64,000 nt of DNA from an uncultured Chloroflexia bacterium. GTDB lineage: Bacteria; Chloroflexota; Dehalococcoidia; UBA2979. The notes below the pieces were generated by a model. It made no database searches. It had not been told where the DNA came from and saw nothing but the letters and a program-made list of their open reading frames with translations. The DNA is taken from assembly GCA_963728205.1 (NCBI GenBank), contig CAVSIV010000006.1:1600001-1664000 (forward strand), read 5' to 3'. The position numbers and the translations under genes are program-made. Positions 20,445-29,225 of the stretch are shown one piece after another (within the stretch, counting starts at the first letter, position 1; each line of letters starts with the position of its first letter).

Positions 20445-20855
20445 ATGCAGAAACCGTCCAGGCCGTTGCCCCAGCCGACGCCCGAGTCACAGGAGTACTG
20501 GGACGGCCTGAAGCGGCACGAGCTGCGCATCCAGCGCTGCCGCGACTGCACGCAGTACTACTTCTACCCGCGCCCGTTCTGCCCGCACTGCCACTCCGAG
20601 AACGTCGAGTGGCGGACGGTCTCCGGCCGCGGCAAGCTCCACACCTACGTCATCGCGCATCGCGGCCATCCGGCGTTCGAGTCTCCCTACGTGATCGCGA
20701 TGGTCGAGCTCGACGAGGGCGCAAAGATGATGACCAACATCGTCGGTGTCGAGGACCCGACCCCCGAGAAGCTCCCCGTGGATGCGGCCGTGCAGATCGT
20801 CTACCAGGACGTGAACGACACGATCACGCTCCCGGCGTTCCAGCTCGTCTCCTAG
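20445..20855 (+). CDS. DUF35 Zn-ribbon + OB-fold protein
   Basis: CRDC...YPRPFCPHC, GKLHTY and VELDEG. Confidence 0.92.
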   Translation: MQKPSRPLPQPTPESQEYWDGLKRHELRIQRCRDCTQYYFYPRPFCPHCHSENVEWRTVSGRGKLHTYVIAHRGHPAFESPYVIAMVELDEGAKMMTNIVGVEDPTPEKLPVDAAVQIVYQDVNDTITLPAFQLVS

Positions 20856-20875
20856 ATCGCGACAGGAATCCACTG

Positions 20876-22033
20876 ATGCCCGACACCACTGCACTCCGCC
20901 ACAAGGTCGCGATCGTCGGTGCCTCCGAGACGAACGCGGTCGGCGTGCTGCCGACGCACTCCGTCCCGATGCTGCACGCCGAGGCGGCCTACAACGCCCT
21001 GAAGGACGCTGGCCTGAAGATGTCCGACATCGACGGCGTGGCCACCGCCGGCATCTCGCCGGCGCAGCTCACCGAGTACCTCGGCATCATGCCCAAGTGG
21101 ATCGACGGCACGTCCGTCGGCGGCGGCTCGTTCCTGATCCACGTTGGCCACGCGGCGGCCGCGATCGCGGCCGGATACGCGAGCACCGTCCTGATCACGC
21201 ACGGCGAGTCGGGACGGTCGCGCATCGGCGCCGGCGGCTTCGGCGGCGGCGCTTCGACCCCCGGCGGGCAGTTCGAGTCTCCCTTCGGCGTTGCGGGCCC
21301 CCCGACGATGTTCTCGGTGCCGATCGTCCGGCACATGCACAAGTACGGGACGACCGAGGAGCAGCTCGCGGCCGTATCGGTGGCGACCCGCCAGTGGGCC
21401 GAGAAGAACCCCCGCGCGATGATGCGCGACCCGATCACGATCGACGACGTGCTGAACTCGCGCCTGATCGCCTGGCCGCTCCACCTGCTCAACTGCTGCC
21501 TCGTGACGGACGGCGGCGGCGCGCTCATCGTCGTCAGCGAGGAGCGCGCGAAGGACTTCCCGCAGAAGCCGGTCTACTTGCTTGGCCGTGGCGAGTCGAC
21601 GTCGCACCAGGGCATCTCGCAGATGCGGGACTACACCGTGTGGACGCAGGCCGCGCAGATCACCGGACCCGAGGCGTTCAAGATGGCCGGCGTCGGCCAC
21701 GAGGACATCGATCACGCGATGTTCTACGACGCGTTCAGCCACACCCCGATGTATGCGCTCGAGGCGCTCGGCTTCGTGAAGCCGGGCGAGAGCGGGCCGT
21801 TCTTCGCCGAGATGCACACGGCGCCGGGTGGGGACTTCCCGCTGAACACGAACGGCGGTGGACTCTCGTACACGCACAGCGGCATGTACGGGATGTTCGC
21901 GATCCAGGAGTCGGTCGCACAGCTGCGCGGCGTCGCCGGTGAGCGCCAGGTGTCGGACGTCGAGACGGGCATCGTGCACGCGCCGGGCGGCATGTTCTCC
22001 GCGACCGCGACGCTGATCCTCGGCAACCAGTAA
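20876..22033 (+). CDS. SCP2/Ltp2-type thiolase-superfamily protein
   Basis: SVGGGS (no Cys), KNPRA, LLNCCLVTDGG, FYDAF and NTNGGGLSYTH. Confidence 0.9.
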   Translation: MPDTTALRHKVAIVGASETNAVGVLPTHSVPMLHAEAAYNALKDAGLKMSDIDGVATAGISPAQLTEYLGIMPKWIDGTSVGGGSFLIHVGHAAAAIAAGYASTVLITHGESGRSRIGAGGFGGGASTPGGQFESPFGVAGPPTMFSVPIVRHMHKYGTTEEQLAAVSVATRQWAEKNPRAMMRDPITIDDVLNSRLIAWPLHLLNCCLVTDGGGALIVVSEERAKDFPQKPVYLLGRGESTSHQGISQMRDYTVWTQAAQITGPEAFKMAGVGHEDIDHAMFYDAFSHTPMYALEALGFVKPGESGPFFAEMHTAPGGDFPLNTNGGGLSYTHSGMYGMFAIQESVAQLRGVAGERQVSDVETGIVHAPGGMFSATATLILGNQ

Positions 22034-22063
22034 TCTTCCTCGCGTACACCGGCCTCGGCCGTC

Positions 22064-22091
22064 GAACGGGCGCCCCGCGGGGCGCCCGTTC
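22064..22091 (+). terminator. Hairpin terminator candidate
   Basis: GAACGGGCGCCCC-GC-GGGGCGCCCGTTC downstream of the thiolase stop. Confidence 0.6.
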
Positions 22092-22129
22092 TGTATCCTC
22101 TGCGGCCGAGAGCGCGGAGGTGCAGCTCG

Positions 22130-22681
22130 GTGGGCGTCGTCTACCACTTCAGCGAGGAGTCGGGCATCGCGGTCTTCGAGCCGCGCACGCCGGCGCATCG
22201 CCCGGAGGTCCAGCCGCTGGTGTGGGCAATCGACGCGTGGCACGCGCCGATGTACTTCTTCCCGCGCGAGTGCCCGCGCATCCTGTTCTGGCCGCTTCCG
22301 ACGACGACGTCCGCGGATCGCGCGCGGTTCTGGGGCGACCGCGACGCGCGGATGGTTGCCTGCGTCGAGTGGTCGTGGCTTCCGCGACTGCGTGAGACCC
22401 AGCTCTTTCGCTACGAATTTGACGACGCCGGCTTCGAGGAGCTGGCGGACGCCGGCATGCGCGTGCACCGCGGAACGGTCGCGCCGCGCGCGGTCGAGCC
22501 CGTAGGCAACCTGCTCGACGCACTGTGCGACGCGGAGGTCGAGTTGCGCCTCATGGCGGATCTGCTGCCGTTGCGCGGCATGTGGAACACGACGCTGCAC
22601 ACGTCGGGGATCCGGCTGCGCAATGCCGCAGGCTGGGACTACGTCGCCAGCCCGCCCTCGCCCAACATCGCGCGCGGCTGA
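22130..22681 (+). CDS. Conserved hypothetical protein (DUF6886-like)
   Basis: YHFSE...FEPR...VWAID..H..Y.FPRECPRI and SGIRLRNA pattern, recalled from this family. Confidence 0.65.
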   Translation: MGVVYHFSEESGIAVFEPRTPAHRPEVQPLVWAIDAWHAPMYFFPRECPRILFWPLPTTTSADRARFWGDRDARMVACVEWSWLPRLRETQLFRYEFDDAGFEELADAGMRVHRGTVAPRAVEPVGNLLDALCDAEVELRLMADLLPLRGMWNTTLHTSGIRLRNAAGWDYVASPPSPNIARG

Positions 22682-22685
22682 CGCC

Positions 22686-23255
22686 TCACGAGGCGCGCTC
22701 CTGCCCGTGGGAGCCGTCGTCCCCGCGTTCGCTGACATGGACGGCGAGCGGCTCCTTCCGGCTGCGGACGTACGCGACGGCGGCGGCGAAACGCCGGTCG
22801 TCGGGGAGCGGGCGCGTCGCCGCCGACCGCGTCCACCACTTGCCCCGCACGCCCGGCGCGTACCGGCGATCCTGGTTCAGCGCGCGGCTGGCGTACGACT
22901 TGAAGTCGCGGACCAGGTGCGTCGGAGGCGGATCGCCGTCGACCTCAACCACGATCTCGACGTGGCTCGCCATGACGGCCGCGGCATGCAGTGTCCACCC
23001 GTGGTGCGCCGCCGTGTCGAGGAACGACGCGAGGATGACCGCGGCGTCGTGTGGGCTCAGCCAGGTGGGCGGCTCGCGGAGCGCGCGGCGCATCTGGTCC
23101 GGCCGGCGCCGCTGGTCGTCCCAGTACGCGTTTCCGGCGGCCGGGCCGGCGACGCGGCCGTCGTCGAGCAGCCCCGGCGCCGCGCCGTCGCGCCTCTCCT
23201 CGGGCACCCAGGTGCCATATGTCGACCAGGTCAGCCACCAACGCCGTGTATCCAT
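22686..23255 (-). mobile_element. Y1 (IS200/IS605-superfamily) HUH transposase, REP-associated (RAYT/TnpA-REP)-like
   Basis: LTWSTYGTW.P, AVMASHVE.VV (HUH position), V..FKSYASRAL, KWWTR and AVAYV (catalytic Tyr helix). No tnpB nearby. Confidence 0.75.
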
Positions 23256-23407
23256 GACGCGACCCTATGGAGCACGCGCTCGGCCGGCACCGGCGATCTT
23301 GCCGGGATGGCCCCGCAAGACCTCCGGCGCCCGCGACGTTGCGGGCGCCGCTTCGCCGAGGCGTCGCCGTGCGCTACCCTCGCGCCGCCGCACCCCGAGG
23401 AGGACCC

Positions 23408-24058
23408 GTGAGCGATCGGCCGGCCATCGACCTGTTCGACGCCATCCACACGACGCGCGCGATGCGCTACCTGAAGCCCGACCCCATTCCCGCCGACGTC
23501 CTGCGCGAGATCCTGGACGCGGCGATCCGCGGGCCGTCGGGCGGCAACGCGCAGGGCTGGGGCTGGATCGTGGTCGCGGACCCCGATGTGAAGCGCCAGA
23601 TCGCCGACTGGTACCGCGAGGGCTGGCAGGCGGCGTACGGGAAGAACCGTGACGCCGAGCTGGAGCGTGCCGGCACCAGCGGACTCGGTCGGGCGAACTA
23701 CCTGTCCGCCGAGCACCTGGCGAATCACCTGGAGGACGCGCCGATCTGGGTCATGCCGGTGCTCCGCAATGCCGCCCCGCGGCCGTCAGCGCGCACCGGC
23801 TCGTCGATCTACGGGGCCGTCCAGAACCTGATGCTGGCCGCGCGCGCTTACGGCATCGGCAGCGTGCTCACCACGCTCTATGCCGGCCACGAAGACGACG
23901 TGAAGCGCCTGCTCGGCGTGCCCGACGACGCGCTGACGATGGCGCTCATCCCGATGGGGTACCTGGAGCGCGGGCGCTTTTCAGAGCCGCAGCGGCGGCC
24001 CGTCGAGGAGGTGGCGTACTGGGACCACTGGGGCCAGCCGTTCGCGGCCGGCGACTAG
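23408..24058 (+). CDS. Nitroreductase family protein
   Basis: TRAMR, AAIRGPSGGNAQGW and QNLMLAARAYGIGS; GAGGAGG RBS. Confidence 0.92.
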   Translation: MSDRPAIDLFDAIHTTRAMRYLKPDPIPADVLREILDAAIRGPSGGNAQGWGWIVVADPDVKRQIADWYREGWQAAYGKNRDAELERAGTSGLGRANYLSAEHLANHLEDAPIWVMPVLRNAAPRPSARTGSSIYGAVQNLMLAARAYGIGSVLTTLYAGHEDDVKRLLGVPDDALTMALIPMGYLERGRFSEPQRRPVEEVAYWDHWGQPFAAGD

Positions 24059-24083
24059 CCGGCGCCCCGCCTCCGCTCCGCGC

Positions 24084-25472
24084 ATGCCCCGCTCCTGGCG
24101 TCCGCCGATGCCGTCGCTCCGTCGCGATCCACGCGATTGGATTCGTCACGCGCTTGGCGCGCCGTCGGGTGCGCTGCTGGGCAGCGTCGTCGCCGTGGGT
24201 ATTGTCGGCGGCGCGGTCGGAGCCCTCTATGTGGGGGCGCTGCGGCTGCTGGAGCGCGTCCTCTGGCCGACGCACTGGTCGAACGTCCAGCACCTCGGGA
24301 TCCTGCTCGCCGTCGGCGCGTCGGTCGGACTGCTGACGCGCGTGCTCGGGAGCCCCGGCGACGTCGAGCTGATGGTCGACAACATCCACGTCATGGGTGG
24401 ACCGGACGACGTGCGCGACCTGCGCTCGCTGATCCCGGTGTCGCTGCTCTGCATCGCGGCCGGTGGGGCGATGGGGCCCGAGGCGCCGCTGGTGCAGACC
24501 TGCGGCTCGCTGGGCACCTGGCTTGCGCGGCGCTGGCGGCTCAGCGTCCCGGACACCCGCACGCTCACGATCACCGGCATGGCAGCGGCGTTCACGGTCC
24601 TGTTCGGCGCGCCGCTCGGGTCTGCCGTGTTCGCGCTCGAGATCCTGCACCGGCGCGGCCTGGAGTATTACGAGGCGCTGATTCCCGCGGTGCTCGGCGC
24701 CCTCGCGGGCTACGCCGTCTACGTGGGTGTCACCGGGCTCGGGCTCGAGCCGGTGTGGACCTTCCCCGCCGTCGGCACGCTGCACGACGTCGACGTGCTG
24801 TGGGCCGCCGGGTGCGGCGTCGCCGGCGCGGGAGTCGCCGTGCTGTTCACCTACGTCAGCCGCGTGCTCCGCTGGCTCTTCCGGCGCGTGCCCCCGACCG
24901 CGCGTCCCGTGATCGGAGCGCTCGTCCTCGGCGGCCTCGCCTTCGCGTCGCCCTACGCGCTGACGTTCGGCGAGGCGCAGGTGAACACCATCGCGGCGGG
25001 GCGAGCCGCGGCACTCGTGTTCCTCCTGGCCGCCGCCGCGAAGCTGGCCGGGACGAGCGTCACGCTGTCGTCCGGCTGGCGCGGGGGCTTCATCATCCCG
25101 CTGTTCTTCATCGGAGCGGCGCTCGGCCGCTTCGGGCACGCGCTCGTTCCGAGCACGAACGAGGCGGTCCTGATGACCGCGCTGATGGCGTCGATCAACG
25201 TCGGGGTGACGAAGACGACCCTCGGCAGCACGCTGGTGGTAAGCGAGATGTCCGGCGTCCTGCTGGTGCCGACCACGGTGCTCGCGGCCGTGATCGCGCT
25301 CTTCCTCACGAGCCAGGTCGGCCTGATCGAGACGCAGCGGGTGCGTGAGGGCGCCTTCGAGGGCGACGCGGACCCGACGGCCGACCCCGGCCGCGGCGCA
25401 CACGGACGTGTCCCGGCGGCGCATCCACGCGGGACGCGCCCGGCGCCGTCGGCCGCCGAGCGCGACTCCTAG
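24084..25472 (+). CDS. ClC chloride channel/transporter family
   Basis: GPEAP, GMAAAF..LFGAPL...FALE and GGFIIP motifs; multiple TM helices. Confidence 0.9.
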   Translation: MPRSWRPPMPSLRRDPRDWIRHALGAPSGALLGSVVAVGIVGGAVGALYVGALRLLERVLWPTHWSNVQHLGILLAVGASVGLLTRVLGSPGDVELMVDNIHVMGGPDDVRDLRSLIPVSLLCIAAGGAMGPEAPLVQTCGSLGTWLARRWRLSVPDTRTLTITGMAAAFTVLFGAPLGSAVFALEILHRRGLEYYEALIPAVLGALAGYAVYVGVTGLGLEPVWTFPAVGTLHDVDVLWAAGCGVAGAGVAVLFTYVSRVLRWLFRRVPPTARPVIGALVLGGLAFASPYALTFGEAQVNTIAAGRAAALVFLLAAAAKLAGTSVTLSSGWRGGFIIPLFFIGAALGRFGHALVPSTNEAVLMTALMASINVGVTKTTLGSTLVVSEMSGVLLVPTTVLAAVIALFLTSQVGLIETQRVREGAFEGDADPTADPGRGAHGRVPAAHPRGTRPAPSAAERDS

Positions 25473-25491
25473 GGCGCGACCCTCCGCCGGC

Positions 25492-25668
25492 CTACTCCGC
25501 GGGCACGAGGCAGGTGGAGTGCCCGCAGGTGCAGACCTCGGCGCCGAGGCTGCACTGGCAGTTCGGGCCGCACTCGCCGCCGCCGACGATGCCCAGCCGC
25601 GTGAGCGCCTGGTAGGTGAGGCCGGCGAAGGCGCCGAGCAGCAGGACGTTGCGGATGAAGCGTCGCAT
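25492..25668 (-). CDS. 58-aa protein with N-terminal hydrophobic helix and Cys-rich (metallothionein-like) tail
   Basis: GAGGGG RBS; MRRFIRNVLLLGAFAGLTYQALTRLGIVGGGECGPNCQCSLGAEVCTCGHSTCLVPAE, with GC-ending codons. Confidence 0.7.
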   Translation of the reverse strand: MRRFIRNVLLLGAFAGLTYQALTRLGIVGGGECGPNCQCSLGAEVCTCGHSTCLVPAE

Positions 25669-25784
25669 CGAGTGATCCCCTCGGTCAGCGGGTCTGGTGT
25701 GGACGTCCGGGAGGCAGGGTCGCCGGCGAGGCGACGGCGCGCCGCGGCGGAGTGAGCCTGCGCCCCATTGTGGCAGCGGACGCG

Positions 25785-27665
25785 CTAGCTGCCAGTTCCA
25801 CCGTCGCCCCCCGCGTGCGCGGTCTCCGTGACGGCCGCTGCCACGCCCGCGCCGCCGTCCGCCTGCTCGGAGAACTGCTCGCGATAGAGCGACGCGTACA
25901 GCCCCTCGCGCAGCAGCAGCTCCGCGTGCGTGCCGCGCTCGACGATGCGCCCGCGGTCGAGCACGAGGATCTGATCGGCGGCGACGACCGTGGAGAGCCG
26001 GTGCGCGATCACAACCGTCGTGCGCCCCTCCGCGAGCTTCGCCGTCGCCTCGCGGATCTCGCGCTCGAGGCGCGAGTCGAGCGACGACGTCGCCTCGTCG
26101 AGGATCAGCACCGGCGGGTCCTTGAGGATCGCGCGCGCGATCGCCACGCGCTGCTTCTCGCCGCCGGAGAGCCGGTAGCCGCGCTCGCCCACCAGCGTCT
26201 CGAGGCCGTCGGGCAGCCGCTCGATCATCGACTCCAGCCCCGCCGCGCGCGCCGCCTGCCAGACCTCGTCGTCCGTCGCGTCGAGCCGCCCGTAGCGGAC
26301 GTTGTCCATGAGCGTGGTGTGGAAGAGGTAGGTGTCCTGCATCACGGTGCCGACCGCCGCGCTGATCGACCCGAGCGTGAGGTCGCGCAGGTCGTGCCCG
26401 TCCAGCCGCACGACGCCGGTCTGTGGGTCGTAGTAGCGCTGCAGCAGGTAGGTGACCGTCGTCTTGCCGGCGCCCGACGGCCCGACCAGCGCGATCATCT
26501 GCCCCGGCGCCGCCTCGAACGAGACGCCGTCGAGCGCCGGCCGGCCGCGCGTGCCGTACGCGAAGTGCACGTCCTCGAACGCCAGCCCACCGCGCGGGTG
26601 CGTCAGCGCCACGGCGTCGGGCCGCTCGTCGACCTCCACCGGCAGGTCCATGTACTCGAAGACGCGCTCGAAGAGCGCGAGCGACGACAGCACCGTGGTG
26701 TTGATGCGCGCGATCTGGCGGAACGGCGTGAACACGCGCTGCGTGAGGTACGCGAACGCGACGACCTGACCGATGTCGATGCTCCCGCCGAGCACGAACG
26801 TCCCGCCCAGCCAGTACACGACCGCCACCGAGATCGACCCGAAGAGGTCGGTCGCCATGTTGAACCACTGGCCGGCGAGCATGCGCTGGATCGACAGCCG
26901 CCGCAGGCGATCGTTCGACCCGAGGAAGCGCGCCGACTCGTGCCCCTGCCGCCCGAACGTCTTCACGAGCATCGCGCCGGAGACCGAGAGCGTCTCCTCG
27001 AGGTGCGCCGACATCTCGGCGGCCTCCTCCTGCCACTCGCGCATCAGGCGGCGCTGCACGTTGCCGACGCGCAGCGTCGGCCACACCCAGATCGGCAGCA
27101 CGACGAGCGCCATCAGCGCCATGCGCCACTCGAGCGCGAACATGAAGCCGAGCGCGACGACCAGCGTGACGAGGTTCGTGAGGAAGTCGGTGAACGTCGA
27201 CGTCACCGCCTGCTGCATCGTGTTCACGTCGGTGACGATGCGCGAGAGGATCTCGCCGGTGCGGGTCGCGGTGTAGAAGCGCACCGAGAGCCGCTGCAGG
27301 TGCGCGTGGAGATGCGCGCGCACGTTGAACATCACGCCCTGGCCGATGGTCTGGTTGATGTAGCCCAGGACCACGCCCAGGACGCCGGCGGCGACGTACA
27401 GCACGACGATCGCGGCGAAGGTCACCGTCACGGAGTGCACGCTGCCGGGGATCGCGCCCGTGCCGTGGATCGGCGTCACCTGCGAGACGATGCGCGCGAT
27501 CAGCAGCGCCGGAGCCAGGTTGAGCACCGACGTGATCACGATCAGCACGAAGAGCCCCGCGAAGAGCCAGCGGAACGGGCGGAACAGCCCGACGGTGCGG
27601 CGGAAGATGTCGAGCTTGGCGCCCTGCGGCTTCTCCTGGCCGAGGTGCATGCGGCGCATCATCAT
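25785..27665 (-). CDS. ABC exporter, fused TMD + NBD (MsbA/multidrug type)
   Basis: About six TM helices, GPSGAGKT, LSGGEKQR, LILDEATS and AHRLST. Confidence 0.95.
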   Translation of the reverse strand: MMMRRMHLGQEKPQGAKLDIFRRTVGLFRPFRWLFAGLFVLIVITSVLNLAPALLIARIVSQVTPIHGTGAIPGSVHSVTVTFAAIVVLYVAAGVLGVVLGYINQTIGQGVMFNVRAHLHAHLQRLSVRFYTATRTGEILSRIVTDVNTMQQAVTSTFTDFLTNLVTLVVALGFMFALEWRMALMALVVLPIWVWPTLRVGNVQRRLMREWQEEAAEMSAHLEETLSVSGAMLVKTFGRQGHESARFLGSNDRLRRLSIQRMLAGQWFNMATDLFGSISVAVVYWLGGTFVLGGSIDIGQVVAFAYLTQRVFTPFRQIARINTTVLSSLALFERVFEYMDLPVEVDERPDAVALTHPRGGLAFEDVHFAYGTRGRPALDGVSFEAAPGQMIALVGPSGAGKTTVTYLLQRYYDPQTGVVRLDGHDLRDLTLGSISAAVGTVMQDTYLFHTTLMDNVRYGRLDATDDEVWQAARAAGLESMIERLPDGLETLVGERGYRLSGGEKQRVAIARAILKDPPVLILDEATSSLDSRLEREIREATAKLAEGRTTVVIAHRLSTVVAADQILVLDRGRIVERGTHAELLLREGLYASLYREQFSEQADGGAGVAAAVTETAHAGGDGGTGS

Positions 27666-28027
27666 CGGTGGCCGCCTCGGCGCGGCGCCGGCGCGTCCGG
27701 TGTGTGGGGCTCGCGCGGCTCGCCTGGCTCGCGCGGCACGAGGTCGATGCGCAGCTCGTAGCCCAGGACGCGCGCGGCGGCGGCCAGCGTGTCGATGCGC
27801 GGGCTGCGGCGGCCGCTCTCGATGTCGCTCACGATGCTCTGGGGGCGCCCCAGGCGCTCGGCGAGCTCGGCCTGCGTGACGCCGGCCGCCTTGCGCAGGC
27901 GGATCAGCTCGGCGACGGCCTCGTAGCGGGGGCGCAGGCGCTCGTACTCCTCGCGCACCTCGGGGTGCTCGGAGAGCAGCAGCTCGTGGGCGTGGTCGGC
28001 GGGCGTGCGCCGGTCGCGGGTGGCCAT
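27662..28027 (-). CDS. XRE/Cro HTH regulator (HigA-antitoxin-like)
   Basis: EVREEYE...LIRLRKAAGVTQAELAERLG..QS.VS.IESG...P.IDTL; ATGA overlap with the ABC gene. Confidence 0.88.
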   Translation of the reverse strand: MATRDRRTPADHAHELLLSEHPEVREEYERLRPRYEAVAELIRLRKAAGVTQAELAERLGRPQSIVSDIESGRRSPRIDTLAAAARVLGYELRIDLVPREPGEPREPHTPDAPAPRRGGHR

Positions 28028-28051
28028 GGGCGGGTCCTTCGGTCATCGGCA

Positions 28052-28080
28052 TATCGGATATTTCGATACGTCGAAGTCTA
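28052..28080 (-). promoter_or_regulatory. -10 box plus palindromic operator candidate for the HTH-ABC operon
   Basis: TAGACT (28075-28080, minus strand) followed by the inverted repeat TATCG-GATATTT-CGATA (28052-28068). Confidence 0.5.
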
Positions 28081-28130
28081 GCACCGCGCGGCGACGGCGG
28101 GCCGGTAGGATTCGCGGGACGATGGTGCAC

Positions 28131-28203
28131 GCTTCGAGCGGCACGCGGTGAGCGTGCTGAGGACGAACGCGACTCAGCGCCTTCACCAGGCGCCGCTCGA
28201 AGC
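28131..28203. repeat. Family C long hairpin
   Basis: GCTTCGAGCGGCACGCGGTGAGCGTGCTGAG...CTCAGCGCCTTCACCAGGCGCCGCTCGAAGC; same ends as the 13640 copy. Confidence 0.75.
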
Positions 28204-28246
28204 CGGCGTTCTGCGCGGAGCGGATCCGCGAGCGGAGGGAGACGGC

Positions 28247-29167
28247 ATGGCCGGCAGCGTCGGGTTCATCGGGCTCGGGATCATGGGCGCGCCGATGGCG
28301 CGCAACCTGCTGCGCGCCGGGCACGGCGTCGTCGCGTGGAACCGCTCGCCGGGGCCGCTCGACGCGGCGATCGCCGACGGGGCGGAGCGGGGCGCCAGCC
28401 CGGCCGATGTCGCGGCACGCGCCGACGTCGTGATCACGTGCGTGACCGCGAGCGACGACGTCGAAGCGGTCGTGCTCGGCACCGACGCCTGGCCCGGGGT
28501 GATCGAGGGCGTGCGCGCCGGCTCCGTCGTCGTCGACATGTCGACCATCTCGCCGGCCGTCACGCAGCGCCTCGCGGAGCGGCTCGGCGCTCGCGGGGTG
28601 CTGATGCTCGACGCGCCGATCTCGGGCGGCGAGCAGGGCGCGATCGCCGGCACGCTGTCGATCATGGTGGGCGGGCCGGCCGAGGCGCTGGAGCGCGCGC
28701 GGCCGCTGTTCGACGTGATGGGCAGCCGCGTCACGCACTGCGGGCCGTCGGGCGCCGGCCAGACGGTGAAGCTGTGCAACCAGATCGCGGTCGTGCTCAA
28801 CAACCTCGCGATGGCTGAGGCGCTCGTCTTCTGCCAGCGGTCGGGCGTCGACCCGGGCGTGATGCTCGAGGCGATCTCGGCCGGCGCGGCGGGGTCGTGG
28901 CAGATCTCGAACCTCGGCCCGAAGGTCGTCGCGCGCGACTTCGCGCCGGGGTTCAAGGTCGGGCTGCAGCAGAAAGACCTGCGGCTGGCGCTGGAGGCGG
29001 CCGACGAGTTGCAGGTACCGCTCGCCGGCACGTCGCTCGTGCACCAGCTGTTCGCGGCGGTGGAGCGGGCGCACGGCGCCGACGTGGGGACGCAGGCGCT
29101 GGTGCGCGCGCTGGAGACGCTGGCGGTGACTGAGGTGGGCTCGGGCCGCGGCGAACGCAGGGCATGA
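28247..29167 (+). CDS. 3-hydroxyisobutyrate dehydrogenase / 2-hydroxy-3-oxopropionate reductase family
   Basis: GFIGLGIMG, DAPISGG, GTLSIMVGG, KLCNQ and KDL motifs. Confidence 0.92.
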   Translation: MAGSVGFIGLGIMGAPMARNLLRAGHGVVAWNRSPGPLDAAIADGAERGASPADVAARADVVITCVTASDDVEAVVLGTDAWPGVIEGVRAGSVVVDMSTISPAVTQRLAERLGARGVLMLDAPISGGEQGAIAGTLSIMVGGPAEALERARPLFDVMGSRVTHCGPSGAGQTVKLCNQIAVVLNNLAMAEALVFCQRSGVDPGVMLEAISAGAAGSWQISNLGPKVVARDFAPGFKVGLQQKDLRLALEAADELQVPLAGTSLVHQLFAAVERAHGADVGTQALVRALETLAVTEVGSGRGERRA

Positions 29168-29225
29168 GCCCGCCGCGCGCGGGCCGCGTGGCTGCGGGAG
29201 CGGGCATGCGCCGCGGCCGGCCCCG

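Noticed and set aside
22686-23400. Complete IS200/IS605 element
   Set aside because: There is no tnpB and no matching subterminal hairpins on both sides, so it is recorded only as a solitary Y1 gene.
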